From the IMG/VR virus record IMGVR_UViG_3300047546_001437, positions 1-64,000 of that record: DNA of 64,000 nt; one strand, written 5' to 3'. This DNA comes from a virus. Position 1 is the first letter of the stretch; the number at the start of each line of letters is the position of its first letter. The notes under the pieces were generated by a model. The model was given only the letters and a program-made list of their open reading frames with translations, was not told the origin of the DNA and ran no database searches. A program made the translations under genes and the position numbers. Of this stretch, positions 48,001-57,365 are shown piece by piece.

Positions 48001-50116
48001 ACTTATTGCTGATAAATCTTTTAGAGCAATGATTGCTACCGCTAAAAATAAAAAAGAACTTAAGTCAATGATTGACCTTTATAATAAATTTATTAAAGAG
48101 CAAGCAGCAAGTGATGCTGTCGCAGATGCAAATAAGGCTTTAGAAGATTTTGGCAAAGACTTTAATTTAACTGAAAAAATTAAAATGAATTTTTCATACG
48201 AAGAAGCCCAAGCAATATTTGCAGACCCAGTACTTAAAGCATTGGTAGAGGCTGGTCAAGAGGGCTCTGAACAATTTAAAAAACTACTAGAAGCAAGAAT
48301 GAGCACTATTGACTTTATGCAGGGAATATTTGATGACGGATTTAATAAAGCGATGGAATGGTTTGATGTACAAGAAAAATCAATTCAACTAGACTTTGAA
48401 TTGGGAACAAACATTAGTGGAAAAAATACTGTATCAGATGCTCTTGCCAAACTTTATGAAGGTACCCCAGTATTTACTGGTCCAGATGGAAAACCAATTT
48501 TAACTTTTAATCTTGAAGCAGATGCAAAGAATATATTAAAGTATGAAGATGAAGTTGCAAGAATGCAATACCAGATTGATGACTGGGAGTATTCGTTAAA
48601 GGAAATTGAAGATCAAGAAAATAAAATTAATGAATCTTATGATGCTAAATATAAAGCATTAGATGCAATTGCACAAGTTAATGCTAGAATAACTCAGCAA
48701 AATAAATCACAGTTAACTATTGCAGATGCTTTAGCGCAAGGAGATATTGCAGCAGCAGCAAAGGCTGTTCAAGAAGCACGTGCTCAAGCAGCACAAAACG
48801 CAATAGATGACCAAAAGAAGGCTTTAGATCAGGCAAAAGAAAACGCATTGGCCAATGTTAGAAATTCTCAAGGCTTTACAAGAGTTCAGATAGAAGAAAA
48901 AATAAAAAATCTTCAGGATGAAATTGCAAAGATTGAAGAGGCACAACTTGAGCCAGCAAGAGAAAGAAATAGACTTGCAGAAGTATTAAAGGAGCAGGCT
49001 GTTTCTACTTTAGAAGTTCTTGGAAAAACACGTACCGAATGGGAGCAGGTAAAGAACGGTATTGATTTGGCAAGAGTAACGAGCAAAGAATATCTTGCTG
49101 CAATGCAGGCTGCCCTTGATATTGTAGATAAAATTAAGAAATACTGGAATGATTTAAATAATAAAGAATATAAGACTTATCATAAAATAATAACAACCTT
49201 TGAATCAGGAACTGGTGGACCAGGTCCAGAGACACCACCAGTAGAACCACCACCATTTGTTCCGCCATCTGGTCCATATACTGCGCCAGACGATCCATTT
49301 ATTCCTAGTGGTGGATACACCGCTCCAAGTGGTTCAACGAATGGTTCAAAGGGAGGCTCATCAGGAGGATCGACAAATAAAGGTTCTTATTCAGCACCTG
49401 GCACAGACATTAATTATGGTTTAAATACTGGTGGATCCACTGCTGCACTACATTTACAAGATTTAGCAAGATTGGCAAATGCTGTAACAGTTGCTAATAT
49501 TACAAAAAATGCTGGACAGACTGCTGGTCAGCATGTTAATGATTTATTAAATATGAATGCTAGAGCAGATGCATTTTCAAAAGAAATAATTAATGCTAAT
49601 GTAAAAAAGATGGGTTCAACTGCATACGGACATCTAGACGAACTCACAAACACTCCAGCACAAAAAGCAGCATCAGCAGCAGCCTTCGCTGCAGAGGCAA
49701 AAGCAGCAGCAGCAAAGAAAGCAGCAGAGGAAGCAGCAAAGAAAAAGGCTGCAGCAGATATTAAAAAGTTTGGTGGAAATGCAATAGCAGCATCACAGTT
49801 TGCAAATTGGCCTAGTGGAAAAGCATCTGGTGGATTAATTAAAAGATTTGCCTTGGGTGGACCAATTATAGGAACCGATGTTGTTCCAGCAATGTTGACA
49901 CCAGGTGAATTTATAATGAGCAGATATGCGGTCGAGTCATTTGGTGTAGATAAGATGAAGGCTATTAATAGCGGAACATATGATTCTGGTTCAGTGTATA
50001 ATTATAACTTAAGCGTAAACGTAAGGTCTGACGCAAATCCAGATCAGATTGCAAATACTGTTATGGCAAAAATACGACAGATTGATTCGTTGAGGCTGAG
50101 AGGCGGAAGAATGTAA
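42029..50116 (+). CDS. tape measure protein
   Basis: 2695 aa, helical; TP901-type core (G..ASEGANALK, AIEQLFG). Confidence 0.93.
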   Translation: MADIQSNIQVNIDTSEALASIKALQRQISAFHTSMAKSGAAAAAVSANLQQNLVNSLNATGKFAAEMRTIRTSTESFTNSLEKNKFTMREYFRYAGASTKTFGRLFRSEFDTIEKVARERVKTLQTQYIKMGRDANGAMKAIAVRPLALDMENLATKTQIAAQRQQLLNQLLKQGSTNLLNFGKNTQWAGRQLMVGFTIPLMYLGTAASKTFMKLEEQAIRFKRVYGEMFTTGQETDKMLKEVQLLAKEFTKYGVAVEKTMEMAATAAASGKMGADLLAQVNQATRLAVLGGVEQEQALETTISLTNAFGVAAEDLTKKINFLNAVENQTVVSIEDLTVAIPKAGPVVQQLGGDVEDLAFFLTAMKEGGINASEGANALKSGLASLINPTKKASAMLADMGINITGIVEANKGNVKGVVVEFAKALDTLDPLNRARAIEQLFGKFQFSRLSTLFQNVIAQGSQASRVLSLTQATTEELAILAERELKRVEESPMYKFKKSIEDLKVTLAPVGEAFLKAVTPIVEFVAKILDKFNNLGDGAKNFVVILTTVLAGIGPVALMTFGLLANGLANIIKLFTSVKSLFNRVGQSSQTLGATTEYMTQEQLQAAAVASSLDQVHNKLIQTFTSERNALTALIAAYQRAVAAQAAFMPVAGMVRGKGGPKKFNKGTVGVRYYANGTDTVPAMLTPGEAVIPAGPAQHPANKPAIAYMVAGGILGQHATGTTKIVGDRSVGFGGKQFVASTSASVIGIQNLIKDAQRLSGVISNIDDLILQALNEAVNAINSKGKVSIKNFKSALATVGGGAIPMGKTTKAYQGGFAGNAGVVAAHGTPGVVLSASQANKLGAQLAPGAVASQLMQTTGNVRMLSNMTFPMPASFNKGQMTGAEGAKWVGQNRARFTSMIAQQHGLSPNDPGLLEFGKIIGQALKRMGNTVVSESQFEEIIEQGLKRDLDAAAKGALLKSKNTFATAQIGGFAGRAGHGGIQRVNLPANAAGQSFAGLNLGGRSYRSQNIAQYNEQADKFVVKRVRERAKRFAITTATAFESGIKEVLQVASPSKRMQKIGQDSGRGLILGAQEFVDDARAAGQQIGGAAAQGVMSQSQKIAASRTALYGTGPIDPAQKSIRRQLEKQERLRAIQERRMLQQSTVAGMVAGGAGVKNAPAPADPDGPGTTRGRMGAGTGMMAASGVMMAASMAPGKVGEVAQKLMMPLMTLTMLLPLIQSPLGAFAVGLTAVVAATLALRMAFDKAQDNAMKMAEAMGSGEKAIQDLSEFAGTARAGEIMDKRRSNALSQFQVQPGKTTFGQAYVQSEQGKAMLKNITETMQTGGKGAAKSQLINQLTTGVASGAITVEQARSMAANISQQLGDYGFGIQVSAKLTELLGVNGENLQKDPLTLRVRLVEESRKDLQSKSKLLNTAAPGALTQTQGKVQMAGLGAVGAIAGGSLAAGALAGATAGSVVPVVGTAIGAAIGATIAAGVGYFAQKGQQEKLGRASGAHVAMQKMALEQSQEMQDSLRLEYEQRIANAKAAGDTAEAIRLQGEYEAANAKLLAENGRLVTDIQTTYANASGAVKGALETGVDKAITQKYKGTAMEDIAPMAKDLINDSGLSKEQQYTLKMQVASGNMDPMQIVNLMDSFGKDQQTLTKVMEIVTKFGGTFANQAMSISSLFVDKDGKPLKKQQTKFIADISTKTPAEAEKYLNLFTQIGKVGQSELVDLGVALTYYNNNPEAAQKLDETINKINEQKGKISLDIATKIVGAKEMEVLRANQEYFNSLPPEQQKIYLQTLTTVVNMEGNNKDAVQAWLKANPGKTELDYYGQATYQVTKTSSDSTTKPTGKTPSSAGKAESSVLDDLLKKLRDVRKNQIKVTEGWGASRKALESLFGGKKTITAFSGIEQDLRKLGAGQNLIELIIGMDPKEYEKRKKSLFKFDNKGNIIGLKRDAKNIQEALNSIVAGQFQSGIEEQRQGIIDQNKAFEKLSQLGVPVGKAYELIADKSFRAMIATAKNKKELKSMIDLYNKFIKEQAASDAVADANKALEDFGKDFNLTEKIKMNFSYEEAQAIFADPVLKALVEAGQEGSEQFKKLLEARMSTIDFMQGIFDDGFNKAMEWFDVQEKSIQLDFELGTNISGKNTVSDALAKLYEGTPVFTGPDGKPILTFNLEADAKNILKYEDEVARMQYQIDDWEYSLKEIEDQENKINESYDAKYKALDAIAQVNARITQQNKSQLTIADALAQGDIAAAAKAVQEARAQAAQNAIDDQKKALDQAKENALANVRNSQGFTRVQIEEKIKNLQDEIAKIEEAQLEPARERNRLAEVLKEQAVSTLEVLGKTRTEWEQVKNGIDLARVTSKEYLAAMQAALDIVDKIKKYWNDLNNKEYKTYHKIITTFESGTGGPGPETPPVEPPPFVPPSGPYTAPDDPFIPSGGYTAPSGSTNGSKGGSSGGSTNKGSYSAPGTDINYGLNTGGSTAALHLQDLARLANAVTVANITKNAGQTAGQHVNDLLNMNARADAFSKEIINANVKKMGSTAYGHLDELTNTPAQKAASAAAFAAEAKAAAAKKAAEEAAKKKAAADIKKFGGNAIAASQFANWPSGKASGGLIKRFALGGPIIGTDVVPAMLTPGEFIMSRYAVESFGVDKMKAINSGTYDSGSVYNYNLSVNVRSDANPDQIANTVMAKIRQIDSLRLRGGRM

Positions 50117-50799
50117 TGGCAGCACCAACATATTTAACGGGACGTAAAAAATATCAGAGACCACAGGCTATGCTATGGTCAGAAAATGCTGGCACCCTAG
50201 TTGCTGCTCCTACCCCAACTGATCCAGATTTTACCCTATATGTTCCAACAGGCCTAGAGATAGGCTCAGATCCTGGCTCAGAGACCAATACAGCCATGAT
50301 TGACCAGTTCTTGATACTTTCAGATGACAATCGCAGTCCAATCGATTTTAGGCCTATTAGAATCGAAAAGCGGGAAAGAATGGTAAATGGCCGTATGAGG
50401 TCCTATCATATTGCAGATAAGATGGGTATTGATGTCTCATGGCAAATGTTACCATCTAGATCATTTTATACTAGACCAGATTTTAATTCAACAACTGGAT
50501 TACCATCAGTTAGCGGGTATGGCAGACCAAACTATTTAGACGAGCAATATACAACAGATGGTGGAGCAGGCGGAGTTGAACTATTAGACTGGTATAAAAA
50601 TCATACTGGCTCATTTTGGGTTTATCTTTCATATGACAATTATGCAAACTTTGGTAAAGACGAAAAGGCTTATGGGCATCTTGGTCAATATAATGAATTA
50701 ATTGAAATGTTTTTTACAGACTTTCAATATACCGTTGTTAAGCGTGGTGGAAGTAACTATGATTTTTGGAATATTTCTGTAACTCTGGAAGAGGTATAA
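50116..50799 (+). CDS. putative distal tail protein
   Basis: Follows TMP; RMVNGRMR; ends SVTLEEV. Confidence 0.65.
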   Translation: MAAPTYLTGRKKYQRPQAMLWSENAGTLVAAPTPTDPDFTLYVPTGLEIGSDPGSETNTAMIDQFLILSDDNRSPIDFRPIRIEKRERMVNGRMRSYHIADKMGIDVSWQMLPSRSFYTRPDFNSTTGLPSVSGYGRPNYLDEQYTTDGGAGGVELLDWYKNHTGSFWVYLSYDNYANFGKDEKAYGHLGQYNELIEMFFTDFQYTVVKRGGSNYDFWNISVTLEEV

Positions 50800-50800
50800 A

Positions 50801-53800
50801 GTGTTTCAGAATGAAGAATTAAAAAATCATTTAGAGACATCTTCTGTTATTAGAACTCAATCTGCTGTAATTGCAGAATGGAATATGAATATTCCTAATA
50901 ATATTTTACAAATAGGAAATTATAGATATAGACCAACTGCATCAGATTCTAGCGCAGACGCAAAATATAGAATACCAGCAGGAACATTTGATATTAATGA
51001 TTCTGGTAATTTTTATACTGGTGCAACAGATGCAGATATTAAAATAGATGGTGGCCTAGATCCAGAAGATAATGCAACACCAATGTTTTTAATTTCTAAA
51101 AAAGAAAAACAAAAAATGCTATATTCTTTAGAAGACTGTTTTAATAGATTTAGACCAAGATCTGGAATTAATAAAGCCTCATATATGAGTGGTAGATTTT
51201 TACATCATGCAAACTTGAACATGTTTAATCGTCCAAGATACTATATGCCAGACAAGAATGACTCTTTTAAATACTGGACATCTCATAGAACAGAAAATGG
51301 AAATGAATATGGCATTGCAAATATATTGTTAAATGGTCAAAATTATATAGATGATGCAGCACCATATGTTGTTTACAAAGAAAAGGTTCCAGCAAATAGA
51401 ATTGTTGTAAAAATGCAAACTCACGTAGGAGAAACCGATCTTGGAACTTTTACTAGTTTAGGTAAAACATTTTCAGACCCATTTTATGGCGATGTAAATA
51501 AGAGAACGCCAACTAAGTGGAAAGTTCAGTATCTAGACGACAAAAATAATTGGATAGATATTATAGGATTTAATGGCTCTTCAAAAAGAAGAGACGGAAC
51601 TCCAGTAATTAAATCTGACGGGTATGTAGAGTTAGCATATGGTTTAATAGTTCCAGATAAATATAGAGACACCTTTATTAAGGCTGAAGAGTTTGCAACA
51701 GCGCTTTTATTGCCAAAAGAGAGTTTAGTTGGGTATGCCTACCTCATCAAATCTTCTGAAACAGATATTGGTACATACCATATTTGGACTGGTAATACTC
51801 CAAGCGGTTACGAACAGTTTACCCCAGTTTATGGTTGGTACTTAGAAGAGGAGACAGTTGATAGATTAACAAATTTTGTAACAGATCTTACATCTCCAAT
51901 ATCATATAAAGGTGCCCAAGATAATCAAACCAAATATCGTGAATTCTCTTATATAAATGGGCTCAGGGTTGTTGTAGAAACAATGAACAAGTTCGACTCA
52001 TGTTTTGAACTAATTGAATTATCGCCAAGATTATGCGTAGATTTATCTGATAAAACCACAGCGTTTTCATTAAATAAAATAGGGTCAGATATTGGAACAT
52101 CTGGCCTACCAGTTGGTCAGTTATTAGCATCTAATGGCTCACTAACATTGTTTGATTATGATCAAGCATTTAATACAAATAATTTAACTAGCATAGTTAA
52201 AGACTTTATTACAAAAAATATACAGATTAAGTTCTATGAAATAATTATTGACGTTGATGGATATGATTATTTTATTCCATTAAAAACGATGTATACAGAA
52301 GGATTTCCAACAACAGATAGTAGGTCTAGAACAGTTACTTTAACCCTAAGAGACATGTTCTTTTATATGGAATCGCTGCTTGCCCCACAAATTTTACTTA
52401 CAAATGTTTCATTAAGTAGTGCTGTATCAATGCTATTAGATTCAGTAGGATTTTCTAATTACACATTTAAAAGATTATCTTCAGATAAAGAAAGTATTAT
52501 TCCATATTTCTTTATTCCACCAGATAAAACGATAGCAGAAATATTAAATGACATTGCTCGATCTACACAAACTGCAATGTTTTTTGACGAATATAATAAT
52601 TTAGTCTGTATGAGTAAAGAATACATGTTGCCGACATTGACACAAAGAGATACAGATTTTACGCTTATTGGATCAAAGGATATGCAACAAGACGGCGCTA
52701 TTAAAAATAAAACTACCTCTAATAAATTATCTAATATTATTGGAATATCTTCTCAAAATAGTGATGTATTTAATGATGGGTCAATTAGATATAAGACACG
52801 GTATATTCAAAAAACATATGGCAGTATTCGTCAGGCCAGTTTAATTGATAGAGAAAAAACCTGGATTTATAAACCCGTACTTTTATGGGAGGTCGAAGGA
52901 ACAGAAAATACAAAATCTGTAAATGATCAATCTGGAAAGCAGTCAGACTATGTTCTTAGTGCTATTCCACTAAACTCAGATTTAAGCAATACAGTTCCCA
53001 CAGTATCAAATAACACTGTAATTAATAATACTATGGATTTAGGCGAAGGTGTTTATTGGATAAGCAGATATAACGGATATTTTTATGCAAATGGAGAAAT
53101 TATTAAGTATGATGCTGTTCAATATAGTATTACAGATTTTGGAAATGTTTGGATTACGAGCACAAGAGATTATCAAAACTACTTTTCAAAATTAAGACAT
53201 AATGGCAAAATATATCCAACAGGACTTGTAAGAATCTATACTAAGCCATACTATGAGATTATAAATGGAACAACAAGGCTAAAGTCTGGAGCAGTAGAAA
53301 AGCATGGTCGTGGGCAGTTTGGTACATCTGTTGTTTCTCATAATGCTGGCCTGTCTTCATATTGGTCAGACAATGCGAATGTACGTGGATGCTCCATGAA
53401 GTCAGAATTCTTATTTTCATTAATACCAACATCAGACGCTAAAGAAGCATCCCTTGAATTAGAACTTGATAACGGTCCTGCTGGAATAAATAATGAATTA
53501 GCAAAACAAACTGTTAGAAACGGAACTATAAAAAATTTCCTTGCCTTGTCTTATTCAAATGAAACATCTTCTAATGCAATATCATCTACACAATCTGGAA
53601 CAATTCAGTCATCTGCATTAGTTATGAACGGTCCATCTTTTCCTACAACTCAAAAGAGTATTGACTTTATATCATATATAAATAAGCCATTAGATAATAG
53701 ATTTAAGCACTTTGGAACACGAATGAGAATTATCGGAAAAATAGAAAATAATGAAAATCGTGGACAAACTCCAATTGGCTCAACAACATATTTTGTTGTA

Positions 53801-55165
53801 ACAGGAAATACTCCAGATCAAAATATCAACGTAAGTGGTGGCTCTGGAGGATTAGCAGTAATGCTCAATCCATCTACAAATGTTGGATACTACTTTGAGA
53901 TCATGGCTCTTACTGAAAATAACATAACTGATTATAATTCGTCTGCAGAAAATTTGCATAACATTATTTTTTATAAAGTTTTAAGAAGTTCTGAGGATGT
54001 AGAAAATACAACAATCAAACAGGGAGATGCAATTCCAGTAAAACTATGGGGAGGATTATCAAACATTATTGTTGATGATGGAAACTTTACTGGTCAATAT
54101 AGAATGACTGGAGAAGAGAACCCAACAGTTTATGATCTTGCTGTTGAATATCAGGATATTGGAACATTTAGAAGATTCTTTCTTTATATCAATAATAAAA
54201 TAGTGGCAACTGTTGATGATACAGAACCATTACCAATTTATAATAATATGGCACCATTTATTCGTGGTTCTGCACGATGCATGTTTGAGAATATATATGC
54301 ATTGACAAATAACTATAGTCAAAATACTGTGTTTGCTTTAGACACACCGATTATGTCTGCAATCAATGACTCTGAAATTGATGTCAATGAGTCATTTAGA
54401 AAATATTCTATGAGTGGTATTGTTCAATCTACATACCTTTCTGGAATTAGCCCGAACGATCCTCCAAAATACAATATGTATTTTGAAGAATTTGGAACTA
54501 TTATGCGTGAGGCCTCCTATTTTAATATTAGATATGATAAGGCATATCCAGCACTATACGCCAAAATGTCTCCAACATTCAACAAACTAAAGGGGTATGT
54601 TGTTTCTGGATTTAGGGCGGGATCTTATGGTGCAGAATTTTTAATATTTAATGCCACAGACACAGCATTAAACCTAGATGCAAGTAGTGGTAATTATTTA
54701 AGAATACAAGGAATAACCTTTACACAGGAATCAGAGCATGATTATAAGGTTGATGAATATTTTTCTAGAAATAGTGATTTTTCAAATCCACAATTTAAAG
54801 CGGATACACTTGTTAGATCACCATTAATAATTAAACAGCAATATGATGATATTAAGGCAAGTAGAATGACATACGGTAAAAAAGACTTCTCTATTGATGC
54901 ACCATATTTACAAACACAAGATGATGCACAAAATATTATGTCTTGGATTATTTCTAAAATTATGAAGCCAAGAAAGTCTGTAGGAGTTCAGGCTTTTGGA
55001 GTTCCTATATTACAATTAGGAGATATTGTAAAAATTGACTATAAGGACTCAGAAGGAAATAATGAGATTTGCTCAGATGACTCTAGATTTGTTGTTTATA
55101 ATATTGAATATAGTAGGCAGTCCGATGGACCAGAGGCTAAAATATATTTAAGTGAGGTTGTGTAA
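50801..55165 (+). CDS. tail tip / baseplate hub protein
   Basis: 1454 aa; MFFDEYNNL; G.PILQLGDIV C-terminus. Confidence 0.7.
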   Translation: MFQNEELKNHLETSSVIRTQSAVIAEWNMNIPNNILQIGNYRYRPTASDSSADAKYRIPAGTFDINDSGNFYTGATDADIKIDGGLDPEDNATPMFLISKKEKQKMLYSLEDCFNRFRPRSGINKASYMSGRFLHHANLNMFNRPRYYMPDKNDSFKYWTSHRTENGNEYGIANILLNGQNYIDDAAPYVVYKEKVPANRIVVKMQTHVGETDLGTFTSLGKTFSDPFYGDVNKRTPTKWKVQYLDDKNNWIDIIGFNGSSKRRDGTPVIKSDGYVELAYGLIVPDKYRDTFIKAEEFATALLLPKESLVGYAYLIKSSETDIGTYHIWTGNTPSGYEQFTPVYGWYLEEETVDRLTNFVTDLTSPISYKGAQDNQTKYREFSYINGLRVVVETMNKFDSCFELIELSPRLCVDLSDKTTAFSLNKIGSDIGTSGLPVGQLLASNGSLTLFDYDQAFNTNNLTSIVKDFITKNIQIKFYEIIIDVDGYDYFIPLKTMYTEGFPTTDSRSRTVTLTLRDMFFYMESLLAPQILLTNVSLSSAVSMLLDSVGFSNYTFKRLSSDKESIIPYFFIPPDKTIAEILNDIARSTQTAMFFDEYNNLVCMSKEYMLPTLTQRDTDFTLIGSKDMQQDGAIKNKTTSNKLSNIIGISSQNSDVFNDGSIRYKTRYIQKTYGSIRQASLIDREKTWIYKPVLLWEVEGTENTKSVNDQSGKQSDYVLSAIPLNSDLSNTVPTVSNNTVINNTMDLGEGVYWISRYNGYFYANGEIIKYDAVQYSITDFGNVWITSTRDYQNYFSKLRHNGKIYPTGLVRIYTKPYYEIINGTTRLKSGAVEKHGRGQFGTSVVSHNAGLSSYWSDNANVRGCSMKSEFLFSLIPTSDAKEASLELELDNGPAGINNELAKQTVRNGTIKNFLALSYSNETSSNAISSTQSGTIQSSALVMNGPSFPTTQKSIDFISYINKPLDNRFKHFGTRMRIIGKIENNENRGQTPIGSTTYFVVTGNTPDQNINVSGGSGGLAVMLNPSTNVGYYFEIMALTENNITDYNSSAENLHNIIFYKVLRSSEDVENTTIKQGDAIPVKLWGGLSNIIVDDGNFTGQYRMTGEENPTVYDLAVEYQDIGTFRRFFLYINNKIVATVDDTEPLPIYNNMAPFIRGSARCMFENIYALTNNYSQNTVFALDTPIMSAINDSEIDVNESFRKYSMSGIVQSTYLSGISPNDPPKYNMYFEEFGTIMREASYFNIRYDKAYPALYAKMSPTFNKLKGYVVSGFRAGSYGAEFLIFNATDTALNLDASSGNYLRIQGITFTQESEHDYKVDEYFSRNSDFSNPQFKADTLVRSPLIIKQQYDDIKASRMTYGKKDFSIDAPYLQTQDDAQNIMSWIISKIMKPRKSVGVQAFGVPILQLGDIVKIDYKDSEGNNEICSDDSRFVVYNIEYSRQSDGPEAKIYLSEVV

Positions 55166-55166
55166 T

Positions 55167-55772
55167 ATGTCATTTGATTATAGTGGATATCCAGAAACAC
55201 CAGACGTTATATATCACCATAAAGGGTACTCTGCACCTACAGCAGCATCATCCAATGTTGAGGCAGTATCCGCAAGCCTTATGGGAATTTCTGGATCACA
55301 AAATACTGGTTCCTCTTCTAGCGCTTCAACGACAGATTCTGTTAAGGCAGCAAGGCCAGACATTATTATTACAACAGAAGAAGCAACACCAATTGAGTTA
55401 ATGACAGACCTTATATTTGAGGATATAGGTGGACAAGAATTAATTAATATTGCAAGAACAGATATTGTAAATGGTCAAAATGTTCTTTATCATCCAATTA
55501 AAAATTTAAGCAGTATATATTTTAAGTATAATCCACAAAATATATTAGCACTACAAAAAACCTCTGAAGAGTATTTTAAAAAATTTCCAATAAAACTGGG
55601 TGATAAAATCCCTACCTGCGGAACTGGGCCAGATTGTAAAACAGTATATTTAGAGGATGGAACAGGAAATCTTATCATAAACGTGATAAATCTTGAGGAT
55701 GATGAGCAGGTAGAGGTTCAGATCCTTATTAATGGAAAAATTTATAATGGTACAATATATGAGGCGGAATAA
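55167..55772 (+). CDS. tail-associated protein
   Basis: ORF track; start placed at ATG after GAGG. Confidence 0.65.
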   Translation: MSFDYSGYPETPDVIYHHKGYSAPTAASSNVEAVSASLMGISGSQNTGSSSSASTTDSVKAARPDIIITTEEATPIELMTDLIFEDIGGQELINIARTDIVNGQNVLYHPIKNLSSIYFKYNPQNILALQKTSEEYFKKFPIKLGDKIPTCGTGPDCKTVYLEDGTGNLIINVINLEDDEQVEVQILINGKIYNGTIYEAE

Positions 55773-55774
55773 CT

Positions 55775-56917
55775 ATGATAACTAATACTGGTAAAAACAT
55801 ACTTGCAAAATATTTGATAGGACAGGCCCCTGCGTATGCCTCATATATTGCAATAGGCTGTGGAGCAAAGCCATTATCCTTAGATGCTAATTTTGGAGAT
55901 TATTCAAATAAAACACGTTTAGATTTTGAAATGCTGCGTGTACCAATTACTTCTCGTGGGTATGTAACAGAAGATGGCATTTCTAAGATAGTTTTAACTG
56001 CAGAACTTCCAAGCGAAGAAAGATATGAGATTTCTGAGGTTGGTGTATTTTCTGCTGGAGCAAATTCTCAGGCTGGGGCATATGACAGTAAGACAGTTTA
56101 TGCATTTACTCAGGATGAAAATTGGCAGCATCACGTTCCATCTTCTGGCACGGGTTTAGCAACAGCGATTCCAATTGTTTATTCTCCATTAGACGGAGAC
56201 CTAGAAAATAATGTTATTAATCAACCATATTCAGTTTTTCAAACAAATGCAGATAATAGAATTTTTACAAATTCAAATAGAGTAAATAGATACGAAAGAT
56301 GTAGATTTTTTAATAATATTGTTGTAATGCGTGGTAATTCATCATCTCTTACCTCTTCAGGTGGGCACATTAATGTTGGCTCTGGATCAGAGCACATACA
56401 CCTAACTGGAGCAATAGTTGACTTTACCAAAAACTCACCAACAGACGATATCAAATTTGGATTTACTGTTATAAATAAAACAGGCAACTCTATTGCTGTT
56501 CCAGACAATGTAAAAATTCTTTTAGAATTTTCTTCTACGGATGTTCATAATACGGGGCAGTGGGCCAGATTTGAGTTAGATTTAAGCAATGGTACGGGTG
56601 CTAATCAACATGACTTTTCTACAAGCAGATACGTTGTAGCATCTAAGCAATTACAACAGTTATATATGAGTGACGGGTTTACTTGGAATAGCGTAGATGT
56701 TGTAAAAATTTATGCATGTGTTACTGAAAACGGTTCGCCATCAGAAGATTTTTATGTATGTTTTGATGCAATTAGATTAGAAAATAATAGCAGTATAAAT
56801 CCATTATATGGAATGACTGGTTACTCTGTTATAAAGACAAATGGATCTCAAACAATTGTTAAGGCAGCAAATACTACTAACTATATAGAATTTAGATTTG
56901 CTTTGGATGTACAATAA
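55775..56917 (+). CDS. tail/baseplate protein
   Basis: MITNTGK..YIAIGCG...ISEVGVF. Confidence 0.7.
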   Translation: MITNTGKNILAKYLIGQAPAYASYIAIGCGAKPLSLDANFGDYSNKTRLDFEMLRVPITSRGYVTEDGISKIVLTAELPSEERYEISEVGVFSAGANSQAGAYDSKTVYAFTQDENWQHHVPSSGTGLATAIPIVYSPLDGDLENNVINQPYSVFQTNADNRIFTNSNRVNRYERCRFFNNIVVMRGNSSSLTSSGGHINVGSGSEHIHLTGAIVDFTKNSPTDDIKFGFTVINKTGNSIAVPDNVKILLEFSSTDVHNTGQWARFELDLSNGTGANQHDFSTSRYVVASKQLQQLYMSDGFTWNSVDVVKIYACVTENGSPSEDFYVCFDAIRLENNSSINPLYGMTGYSVIKTNGSQTIVKAANTTNYIEFRFALDVQ

Positions 56918-57351
56918 TGGCAGATAATAATATTAAAAAAGTTATTATACTAAAAAAAGATTTGCCACAATTTTATGGTTCAGATCAAGAGTATGTAGTT
57001 AAATATAGAATAATCACAGAAGATAAGAACAGGACTTCTCATTGGTCTCCAAACTATAAATTACCTGTAGCACCAGTTACAGCAATAGATTATAGAATTG
57101 CTGTAGAGCAGTCTCACGATATGATCAATGCTGTATGGACTCCAAATTCTACAACAAAGTCAGAATTTGATATTTATGTTAAATGGGACAGTGATCCATG
57201 GCAGTTTATATCTACTGTTTTTACAACAAGTTATTCTACAATTATTAAATCTGGAGCAGCACATTTTCAACTTGCTGTACAGGTTCCAACATTTCCGAAG
57301 GAGCGTTTTTCTGGGGCTACATTATTTGAGTCTACCCAGATAAACGTTTAA
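56917..57351 (+). CDS. tail-associated protein
   Basis: TAATG coupling. Confidence 0.65.
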   Translation: MADNNIKKVIILKKDLPQFYGSDQEYVVKYRIITEDKNRTSHWSPNYKLPVAPVTAIDYRIAVEQSHDMINAVWTPNSTTKSEFDIYVKWDSDPWQFISTVFTTSYSTIIKSGAAHFQLAVQVPTFPKERFSGATLFESTQINV

Positions 57352-57365
57352 TGGTATAATTAAAT

